Below are positions 53,797 through 61,687 of a DNA stretch of 64,000 nucleotides, in pieces. The translations under genes and the position numbers were made by a program. The notes beneath the pieces are model-generated. The model did not search any database, had not been told where the DNA came from, and was given only the letters and a program-made list of their open reading frames with translations. The stretch is from the NCBI GenBank assembly GCA_031553005.1, contig JAVBMA010000008.1, positions 78-64,077 of the forward strand, written 5' to 3'. Source of the stretch: Paludibacteraceae bacterium (GTDB lineage Bacteria > Bacteroidota > Bacteroidia > Bacteroidales > Paludibacteraceae). Numbering within the stretch: the first letter of the stretch is position 1; every line of letters starts with the position of its first letter.

Positions 53797-54267
53797 TCAC
53801 TTTCCTAAATTCCGTTTCTCCAATTCCAACAATCTCATTTTAACATCCAACCCTCCGGCATAGCCCGTTAGGCTTCCATTCGCGCCCACAACACGATGGC
53901 ATGGGATTAAAATCGGTATCGGATTGCGGTTATTTGCCATCCCGACCGCACGGCAAGCAGCAGGTTTGCCAATTGCCTCTGCTATCTGCTTATAGCTCCG
54001 GGTTTCTCCATAAGGTATCTCCAGCAATGCATTCCAAGTCAATTGCTGAAAAATGGTTCCTTCCAGCCTGAGCGGAACATCAAACAACTGCCGCTTCCCA
54101 TCAAAATATTCTTTCAGTTGCAGATACATTTTTTTTATCAAAGGAGTCTCCTCCTCGACCACGCTTGTCACTCTCTTTTCAAAAAAAGAGATCCCGGTAA
54201 TATATTCCGCATCGGCAAAAACCTGTAACCGCCCTATCGGGGTTTCGTAAAAAAAATAAAACTGCAT
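53797..54267 (-). CDS. ogt: Methylated-DNA--protein-cysteine methyltransferase
   Basis: 156 aa with the IPCHRVV active site. Confidence 0.9.
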   Translation of the reverse strand: MQFYFFYETPIGRLQVFADAEYITGISFFEKRVTSVVEEETPLIKKMYLQLKEYFDGKRQLFDVPLRLEGTIFQQLTWNALLEIPYGETRSYKQIAEAIGKPAACRAVGMANNRNPIPILIPCHRVVGANGSLTGYAGGLDVKMRLLELEKRNLGK

Positions 54268-54269
54268 AA

Positions 54270-54401
54270 GTTGAAAGGTGAAAAGTGAAAGATGAAAGTT
54301 AGAATACTTAGGTAAAAGTTGAAAGGTGAGAATTGAAAGCTGAAAGGTGAAATATTTCTATTTCATCAAAAACTTTCATCTTTCACTTTTCACCTTTCAA
54401 C
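54270..54401. repeat. Perfect 31-bp inverted GTGAAAG-family arrays filling the ndpA-ogt spacer
   Basis: 54270-54300 GTTGAAAGGTGAAAAGTGAAAGATGAAAGTT is the exact reverse complement of 54371-54401. An extra plus-oriented array lies at 54311-54352. Confidence 0.9.
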
Positions 54402-54405
54402 TTAT

Positions 54406-55458
54406 TCAAACTTCATATTCAAAGAAAAGCTTATAATAGTGTAGTCCTTTGCTTTGGTCGAAGCCTTTTTCGATAAAGCGACGGTTTCCGTGAACGTAGA
54501 CATGGAAATTTTTATCCAGCTTCAATACGGACTTAAAGGACTTGTTCTCTTTTTTAACTACATCGGGGGATATTTTGAACTCTTCATTCAAAGAAACATT
54601 ATTCTCTTTTTCGTAGAACTCTTTAAACTGGTTGAATGCATCTACAATATCGGGAGCAGCCAGTACTTCCCTTTCAAATTTATCTTCATCAAAAAGGGTA
54701 TTTTCTTTGAAGTAATTGATAGAACGGTTAAGCATGTCTATTTGCTCCGTACGGGGAACTTCGTTGGCAGGAGAAAAAACATCTTCGACAAATTCTTTAC
54801 AGACATTCAAGTAGTTATGAGTAAAAAAATTATTATCCTGCCGGTCTTCCAATCCCAGGAAATCTTCCTTCCAGAAAAGGGCTTCGTTTTGCTTGCTCAC
54901 TTTATCTATCAAAGAGACTACAAATCCTTTTTCGCGCTCAACGTCAAAAATCAGACATCCTTTGTCCAACTTCCGGATGTTAATGCCTTCTTCATAATTA
55001 ACATCAAACGAATTTTCGCCTGAACAGATTTTCAGGTAAGTCTCCTTATTTTCCGACTTAAAAATACCGAGGCACTTTACTGTCTGGTCAAAAATCTGGA
55101 CTCCGTCAAAAAGAGTAAGGTAAAATTCGCCGGGCTTGATCTGCGGATGGGATGAGTTTTCGTAGAGTGAAGCAGCCAGAATTCGGGAATGTTCGTAAAA
55201 AAGAGACGGATTGTCAAAAATTGCACAAGCAGACTGATAGACAATGTTTCCGGATAATCCTTTGGCTCCGCCTAAATGATAAAGGGATGGTTCGCGGAAA
55301 GAAGCCAGAAAATATTGTTTGAGCAGAAACGGTACAGGGCTTTCCTCTGCCATTTCCACACATTTTTGCGAATAAACATTTTCGGTATTATCGGTACGAC
55401 TGCCAATCTTATGGATCACCAGTTGTTCAATATCGGCATTTATTATATCAAAAAGCAT
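54406..55458 (-). CDS. Nucleoid-associated protein (NdpA/YejK, NA37 family)
   Basis: 350 aa with N-terminal ...QLVIHKIGSR..., typical of the family. Confidence 0.65.
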   Translation of the reverse strand: MLFDIINADIEQLVIHKIGSRTDNTENVYSQKCVEMAEESPVPFLLKQYFLASFREPSLYHLGGAKGLSGNIVYQSACAIFDNPSLFYEHSRILAASLYENSSHPQIKPGEFYLTLFDGVQIFDQTVKCLGIFKSENKETYLKICSGENSFDVNYEEGINIRKLDKGCLIFDVEREKGFVVSLIDKVSKQNEALFWKEDFLGLEDRQDNNFFTHNYLNVCKEFVEDVFSPANEVPRTEQIDMLNRSINYFKENTLFDEDKFEREVLAAPDIVDAFNQFKEFYEKENNVSLNEEFKISPDVVKKENKSFKSVLKLDKNFHVYVHGNRRFIEKGFDQSKGLHYYKLFFEYEV

Positions 55459-55460
55459 GT

Positions 55461-55498
55461 ATTTAGTGGTTAGTGATTAGTTATTAGTGGTTAGTGAC
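55461..55498. repeat. Period-7 array TTAGTGG/TTAGTGA next to the ndpA start
   Basis: ATTTAGTGGTTAGTGATTAGTTATTAGTGGTTAGTGAC. Confidence 0.65.
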
Positions 55499-55523
55499 AA
55501 AAAGAAAAGTAAAAAGTGATTGA

Positions 55524-56261
55524 TTATTTTTTATCACTTATCTTTTTATTATTAATCACCGTTAAAAGATCTTTGTATAAACTCTTCATATTCTTATAGA
55601 CCAGGTCGGCGCCGTTATCGGTCAACTCTTTATCTTTCAGTATACCTGTATTTACAGCAATAGTAAAAATCCCCGCAGCAACTGCCGAGCGAACTCCCAA
55701 CGGTGCATTCTCAACTACAACGGCTTGTCCGGGCTTTAAATTAGCTTTTTGCAAAGCCATCAAATAAGGTTCGGGATCGGGTTTTCCCTTTTTGACATCG
55801 TAAGCGGTTACCATTTTTTCCCGTTGGAAAAATCCGGGAAAAGAATGATCCAAGGTATCAAGCAAAGACAATTGGCCGGAACCGGTAACAATAAAAATCC
55901 CTAATCCGGCATCTTTAACCACCTGCAAAACATCTTTCACATGGGGAATTATCTTGGGAGCTCCCAATGAATCAAAACAATCCGACTTTGCTTTATAGAT
56001 TTTTTCACACTCTTCCTCGGTTGCATTGCGCCCCAACTGAAGCTGAAAAACATCGTTGATTGTGCCAACACTTGTCATGCCTTCACGCATATACGCTCCG
56101 TATTGGTCAAATTTGACACCTTGCTGTTCAAACGCATATACCCATGCTTTTGCATGGTTGGGCATCGAATCAAACAGCACGCCATCCATATCGAAAAAAA
56201 ATGCTTTTAAATCTAAAGAAGAAAGAACGGAAATTTTGTCTCCATTGCCTGAACAACTCAT
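55524..56261 (-). CDS. HAD family phosphatase (beta-phosphoglucomutase-like)
   Basis: Start set at ATG 56261 (MSCSGNGDKISV...), with FFFDMDGVLFDS as the DxDxV motif. The 81 upstream codons of the ORF are AT-rich leader. Confidence 0.8.
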   Translation of the reverse strand: MSCSGNGDKISVLSSLDLKAFFFDMDGVLFDSMPNHAKAWVYAFEQQGVKFDQYGAYMREGMTSVGTINDVFQLQLGRNATEEECEKIYKAKSDCFDSLGAPKIIPHVKDVLQVVKDAGLGIFIVTGSGQLSLLDTLDHSFPGFFQREKMVTAYDVKKGKPDPEPYLMALQKANLKPGQAVVVENAPLGVRSAVAAGIFTIAVNTGILKDKELTDNGADLVYKNMKSLYKDLLTVINNKKISDKK

Positions 56262-56500
56262 CTTTTGTGTTTTAAAAATATGAGAACAAAGATAAAAAAA
56301 ATAATGATGAAGAACGAAAAGAGGAAAAACCAATAATAAACTTTGCAATTTGCGAAGTTTATTGTTATTCTTGATAGTTATAGTTCTTAAATCGTACACG
56401 AACGTTTCAAACAAAGACCATTTATATATATATACATTTGAGCATTTGTATATCATTTTTAGAACATTGAGAAACAACATCCTGCCTTCTATTTTCACTA

Positions 56501-57733
56501 TCAATAACCGTGCTCCTCTTCCTCCATCTCTTCTTTACTTATTTTTGTCCGGTTCATTTTTTTCCATGCATAGGCGGTATATGCAAGAACAAAAGGGATG
56601 AGCAGCGAAACAACCGACATTACTTTTAAGGTAAATTCGCTCGAAGAACTGTTTTTCAGCGTCAGCGAGCTTTGTAAATCGGTCAAAGACGGATAATAGC
56701 TTGTGTTGTTGTATGCGGCAATAATCAGAAGAGAAAATACAACAAACACTATTCCGGTAGTGGCAAACCTGAAACCATTTTCACTGTCAGTAAACGCTCC
56801 TCTCCAAATTCCGGATAAAACACAGGCAATTCCCGACAGGAATAAAAAGAAAACTACCGGCATCTCTATAAAATTGCCGACATACTTATGGGGTTGTAAA
56901 AAAACTTCTCCGGTCGCGGGATCGACAGCAAAACCGTCTTTCAAAAATAATGCAACAACAAAATAGAGGAAGAAAACCAAAAATGGGATGGTTGCCCATT
57001 TTATAACTCTCCGGGCACGACCGGCAACTTCGTCCGAATCTACATTGCGGATAAAATAAAGCGCACCTGATATGCGCGAGAAAAAATAGAGCGCCAATCC
57101 TAATGCTACATTTACCGGATTTAATAACGCCTCCAATCCGTAAATAGCTCCTTGCCATTCGGAAATAGTCAACGAGCCTCCGTGAATATTGGTGATATTG
57201 CTTTTTGCAACCGTAAATTCGGCTCCTGTAAACATTGTTGCAACCACAACGCCCAATAGTAAAGGGCCAACAAACCCATTGATATACAAAAATGCATCAT
57301 AGGTTCTCTTTCCCAATAGGTTGCGGGACTTGGAACGAAATTCATAAGAGACAGCCTGAACGACAAAAGAAAACAAAATAATCATCCAGAGCCAATAAGC
57401 GCCTCCGAAACTGGTAGAATAAAACAGGGGAAAAGATGCGAAGAAAGCGCCTCCGAAAGTAACCAGCGTAGTAAAAGTAATTTCCCACTTCCGCCCAAGT
57501 ACATTTACAAGCAACAATCGTTCTTCCTCTGTTTTTCCCAACGAATAAATCAACGTCTGCCCTCCCTGCACAAACAGAAGAAAAACCAGCAAAGCTGCCA
57601 GGAGGGATATAATCGCCCACCAATAGTTTTGGAGGAATTGAAAGTTGAAAAGGGAAAGTTGAGAATTGGAAACAGCCAAGAGGATGAGAAGGTTGTTATG
57701 TACCCGGTTATCTGAGACTTTATTTTCCATCAT
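56501..57733 (-). CDS. cydB: Cytochrome bd ubiquinol oxidase subunit II
   Basis: NYWWAIISLLAALLVFLLFVQGGQTL is the conserved CydB N-terminus. The start codon is uncertain (ATG 57733 or an internal TTG at 57679). Confidence 0.85.
   Translation of the reverse strand: MMENKVSDNRVHNNLLILLAVSNSQLSLFNFQFLQNYWWAIISLLAALLVFLLFVQGGQTLIYSLGKTEEERLLLVNVLGRKWEITFTTLVTFGGAFFASFPLFYSTSFGGAYWLWMIILFSFVVQAVSYEFRSKSRNLLGKRTYDAFLYINGFVGPLLLGVVVATMFTGAEFTVAKSNITNIHGGSLTISEWQGAIYGLEALLNPVNVALGLALYFFSRISGALYFIRNVDSDEVAGRARRVIKWATIPFLVFFLYFVVALFLKDGFAVDPATGEVFLQPHKYVGNFIEMPVVFFLFLSGIACVLSGIWRGAFTDSENGFRFATTGIVFVVFSLLIIAAYNNTSYYPSLTDLQSSLTLKNSSSSEFTLKVMSVVSLLIPFVLAYTAYAWKKMNRTKISKEEMEEEEHGY
57631..57673 (+). repeat. 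GTGAAAG-family array overlapping the 5' end of the cydB ORF (antisense to cydB)
   Basis: GGAGGAATTGAAAGTTGAAAAGGGAAAGTTGAGAATTGGAAAC. Confidence 0.75.
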
Positions 57734-57774
57734 ATATAATCTTTATCTGTTATGTAATATTTTCTATCTAAAAA

Positions 57775-57868
57775 AGTGCTTTGCGACTTCGCATTTAATA
57801 GGAAAAAGCGCTTGCGCTTAACTTTAAAACGCTAAGGCTCAAAGTTCGCTAAGTCGCAATTTTTTTTG
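57775..57868. repeat. P-type palindromic repeat in the cydA-cydB spacer
   Basis: TTGCGACTTCGC ... GCTAAGTCGCAA. It shares CTTCGCATTT and GCTTGCGCTT with 47909-48040. Confidence 0.6.
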
Positions 57869-57890
57869 AATACGAATAATACAGATAGCT

Positions 57891-57951
57891 TAATCGGTTA
57901 ATCAGTTGGTCAATTGCCCGATTAGTCAATTAGTCAATTAGTCAATTAATC
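57891..57951 (-). repeat. Period-8 stop-rich array (minus-sense TTGACTAA x3)
   Basis: Plus strand reads ATTAGTCAATTAGTCAATTAGTCAATTAATC, preceded by degenerate units. Confidence 0.7.
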
Positions 57952-57988
57952 TGAATATCAGTATACAATTTTTGTCATGTACTAAGAA

Positions 57989-59557
57989 TCATTCATTTTC
58001 AGTAGTACCTTTTCGAATTTGCCTCAACATAATCATGACTTCGGCAACGGCTAATATTGAAAATAAGACGACAAAAAGCCAGAAAGTAATCTGAACGGAA
58101 GAGGCATCAATGCGGGAGACAGCAACCATTGTTGGCATCAAATCCTGAATCACCCAAGGTTGCCTGCCTACCTCGGCTACAATCCAACCTGTCTGAGATG
58201 CAAGATATACTAACGGTATGGATAAAAGAGAAAGCCAGAGTATGGGTTTAAATTTTTCTAATTTATCCTTTTTAGAAAGAAATAACATTACTGCAAACAG
58301 GAGGATAAACCAGAATCCCAACCCAACCATGATGCGAAACGAATAATAAGTCAATGGTACATTGGGAACAATATCTTCGGGCGAATTGAGATAACCATAA
58401 CCGAAATAGGCAAATTTTTCTTTCAGAAAAGTTTTTCCTTCCGGCGTATCTCTATCAAAATAACGTGCCAACTCCTCTGTTTTTTCTTTATTGCCGTCTT
58501 TCTTAGCATCGCTATATTCTTTCAAAAGCCCGATTGCTTCTTTGCCCCGTGTCATTTTCTCCCGTGCGGGTAATATTCCTTGTGCTTCGTTTCCATACGT
58601 TAAGTCATTGATGCCCGGAACATAGGCATTAAAATTGCCAAAGCCTAAAAAAGAGAGCATATAGGGAATCTCAATATTAAAATAATAACTCTCCTTCTGT
58701 GGTTTGCCCGGTTTCATATCCGGCTTCAATAAGCCTATCACACTCAATCCGGCTCCACTCCTGCCTTCATACAACGATTCGGCAGCAGCCAGTTTCACAG
58801 GTTGGTACTTTGATACACTCTTGGCTGAAGTATCTCCGGTATAGACAGTCAAAAGCGACATGCAAAGTCCGAAAACAGAAGCCATATAAATACTTTTTTT
58901 GGCGAGTACTATTTCCCTGCCTTTTATCAGGAACCAAGAGCTTACTCCTATCATAAAAACAGATGCCAGCAGGTAAGATGAAAAAATAGTATGAAAAAAC
59001 TTATTTATAGCCATCGGATTGAAAAGGACTTGCCAGAAATCGTTCATTTCATTACGCATTGTTTCGGGATTAAAGTGCATCCCGACAGGATTTTGCATCC
59101 AGCCATTTGCTACCAGAATCCATAATGCCGAGAGGCTTGCCCCGATAGCAGTCAGCCACGTCGCCGTCAAATGGACTTTCTTGCTGACCTTATTCCATCC
59201 GAAAAACATAACGGCAATGAAGACACTTTCCATAAAAAATGCAAAAATACCTTCGATAGCTAAAGGAGCTCCGAATATATCGCCTACAAACCACGAATAA
59301 TTAGACCAGTTTGTACCAAATTCAAATTCGAGGATAATACCGGTAGCAACACCGACGGCAAAATTTATCCCGAAAACCACCATCCAGAAACGGATTATAG
59401 GTTTCCACTCTTCGTTTCCGGTACGGACATAAATGGTCTCCATAAACGCTATCAGAAAAGTAATTCCAAGTGTCAACGGAACAAAAAGCCAGTGATAAAT
59501 TGCCGTTATGGCAAACTGAAGCCGAGACCAGTCTATCAGTGCAATATCATATTCCAT
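57989..59557 (-). CDS. cydA: Cytochrome bd ubiquinol oxidase subunit I
   Basis: 522 aa, with WSRLQFAITAIYHWLFVP and GWIVAEVGRQPW motifs. Confidence 0.95.
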   Translation of the reverse strand: MEYDIALIDWSRLQFAITAIYHWLFVPLTLGITFLIAFMETIYVRTGNEEWKPIIRFWMVVFGINFAVGVATGIILEFEFGTNWSNYSWFVGDIFGAPLAIEGIFAFFMESVFIAVMFFGWNKVSKKVHLTATWLTAIGASLSALWILVANGWMQNPVGMHFNPETMRNEMNDFWQVLFNPMAINKFFHTIFSSYLLASVFMIGVSSWFLIKGREIVLAKKSIYMASVFGLCMSLLTVYTGDTSAKSVSKYQPVKLAAAESLYEGRSGAGLSVIGLLKPDMKPGKPQKESYYFNIEIPYMLSFLGFGNFNAYVPGINDLTYGNEAQGILPAREKMTRGKEAIGLLKEYSDAKKDGNKEKTEELARYFDRDTPEGKTFLKEKFAYFGYGYLNSPEDIVPNVPLTYYSFRIMVGLGFWFILLFAVMLFLSKKDKLEKFKPILWLSLLSIPLVYLASQTGWIVAEVGRQPWVIQDLMPTMVAVSRIDASSVQITFWLFVVLFSILAVAEVMIMLRQIRKGTTENE

Positions 59558-59693
59558 TATTAATATTAGTTAGAAATTAGTATTATATCTACCGGAAATC
59601 GGAAACCTTCTAAGTTTTAAAAACTTAGAAGGTTTATAGAAACGGTTTATAGAGACGCTTTATTAAAACGGTTTCTATAAATGCCTTTCTTAT

Positions 59694-59918
59694 TTAGCCA
59701 CCCTTCGGGGATGAAGTTAATTGCTTCCTTACATATTCCGAACGTTCTTCTTCCGTATCAAACTTTTCTTTTAAGAAATTGGGAAAGAAAAACAGTTTCA
59801 GTACCAAAAACATAATTGTCAGCTTAATGAGAATGATAGGCCAAAGGACTCGTCCAATAGTCATACTTCGAAACCCATTGTAATAAAAGAAAAATATTTT
59901 TCTCGGAATATTATTCAT
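59694..59918 (-). CDS. DUF4492 small membrane protein (cydAB-associated in Bacteroidota)
   Basis: 74 aa with one or two TM segments, positioned directly upstream of cydA. Confidence 0.6.
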   Translation of the reverse strand: MNNIPRKIFFFYYNGFRSMTIGRVLWPIILIKLTIMFLVLKLFFFPNFLKEKFDTEEERSEYVRKQLTSSPKGG

Positions 59919-60024
59919 GCAAATGCGTTTAATTTTTCATATTTAGGACTTTCTTTCCGCTATTTAGCAAACGTGCAAACAAATATAAATAATTTTAATT
60001 ATTTAAAAACATATCAAAAACACT

Positions 60025-60069
60025 AAAAAGAAAAAAACGCACAGATTATTTTTCAACAATCTGTGCGTT
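60025..60069 (-). terminator. Hairpin terminator downstream of the DUF3078 gene
   Basis: AACGCACAGATT / AATCTGTGCGTT: 12-bp perfect stem. A T-run follows on the minus strand. Confidence 0.5.
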
Positions 60070-60185
60070 AACTCATTTTATAGCAAAATCAAATTAATAT
60101 TATCTTTGGGACTGATGCAGATACTCTAATTAAAAAATATCAAAAGTCTCACCATAAACTAATTTTTGACTCTTCTTTATATTTC

Positions 60186-61145
60186 TTAAAAATTATACGA
60201 GAATCCAACGGCAATCACATCCATAAACTGGACTTTCGGTCCGCCTTCAACGGTTGTCGGTACACCATCGATGACAACATCTTTTGTACTCTTGACATCA
60301 TCGTCATACTTCACTTGTGTACGGATAGAGGCGTTGATATATTTATTGACTTTCATAGATATTAGCAACTCCCAATTGACAACGACATTGCCGAAGGTTT
60401 CATAAGCGCTAAACAACTCTAGTTTACTGTTCAGGCTAATATTTTTCACTATATCAAAATTATTGAGTACGGTGGCATAAGCTCCGAATTCGGATTTTAT
60501 TCTTTTACCTTCATCTACACCGTATTTTGTCGATAATATTGTATCGCGTACAAAAATAAAACGGGCTGTAGTTGGCGAAACATAGAGCGATACATATTTA
60601 TTCGGGATATAATTCATACCGATAGAGGCAATGAGATAGCCGGGCGCCAAAAAGTCGGAAACATAGGTGCGGGTACTGTCATTCGGGTAATCATAGCCTT
60701 TATTAAACTGTGTTTTAAAATCTATCAATGCGGCATAATACCAATACTTGGTAGCCTGATAACCCAGATTGGAGGTTAAACTGAGTTTGTCGGAGTTTTT
60801 TCTCCAATTAAAATCTTTATTTGCTTCAGAATAGAACATGCCATACTCAGCCGAAAGATTATTAATCCAAAGCAACTTGTGCTTTTTATAATTTGCATTC
60901 AGTTGGACAAACGCACTTCCGGCTATTGAATTCTGTCCGCCTTCAGCCCAGTTGACAAATGCTGTTTGCGAGAAATTTAATCCCGTTAAACCCGGAAAAC
61001 GCCAATAAGTCGTATCTTTTGATGCCGCTTTTATCGAATCAATAGAAATATTGTTCGTACCCTTTGAGGCTGTCAATAAATCACTTTGAGCATACAATGA
61101 AATACTCAAAACCGCGAATAAAACTCCTAATAAAATTTTCTTCAT
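60186..61145 (-). CDS. DUF3078 outer-membrane protein
   Basis: 319 aa with a signal peptide, GLNFSQTAFVNWAEGGQNS motif and a C-terminal ..GFSYNF. Confidence 0.65.
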   Translation of the reverse strand: MKKILLGVLFAVLSISLYAQSDLLTASKGTNNISIDSIKAASKDTTYWRFPGLTGLNFSQTAFVNWAEGGQNSIAGSAFVQLNANYKKHKLLWINNLSAEYGMFYSEANKDFNWRKNSDKLSLTSNLGYQATKYWYYAALIDFKTQFNKGYDYPNDSTRTYVSDFLAPGYLIASIGMNYIPNKYVSLYVSPTTARFIFVRDTILSTKYGVDEGKRIKSEFGAYATVLNNFDIVKNISLNSKLELFSAYETFGNVVVNWELLISMKVNKYINASIRTQVKYDDDVKSTKDVVIDGVPTTVEGGPKVQFMDVIAVGFSYNF

Positions 61146-61627
61146 CTTACAAACTATATTTTAGTATATTATAATTAACAATCAAATCGGCAAAAAGTAA
61201 TTATTTCGGCAAAAATAAAGGTATTTTATGACTTTTTTCATTCTGATTACCTATTTAAAACAAAACAAGAGCAATTTTTGATTTTTTTAGAAATAAGTAT
61301 TTAATAAAAAAGATATATCATACGCATGCTAAATTAACATAAGTTCAATAAAAGACAGAATATAACAGATTGATTTTCAGCAAAATTAAATCCGAATTAT
61401 TTCGTTAAGCAATGGACAGAAACAAAATTTATTTTAGTTATGCCGTTACAAGAAATAATCGAATGGAGTTGTACAAATTGGATTATCACCTTATCTTCTA
61501 TAAATATGCAATACCTTCTTGAGAATAAAATTTTCCATATCAAACTCCATTTATTAGCTTTTGAGGGTACTTAAAACGATTTCTAATTCTTTGAATTCCG
61601 ATTATCCACATTCAAATTTTTATTTCT

Positions 61628-61635
61628 TATTTTTG
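61628..61635 (+). promoter_or_regulatory. -7 promoter box (TATTTTTG) for rlmD
   Basis: 53 nt upstream of the ATG. Confidence 0.4.
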
Positions 61636-61687
61636 CACAAGTAAATATTACTTATTCAACCTCCGTAAAATTCATAAAAACAATCCG

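Noticed and set aside
1888-57951. Short tandem repeat arrays as CRISPR arrays.
   Set aside because: The units are 7-8 nt and contiguous, with no spacers. The arrays are 20-130 nt long and there are no cas genes in the window.
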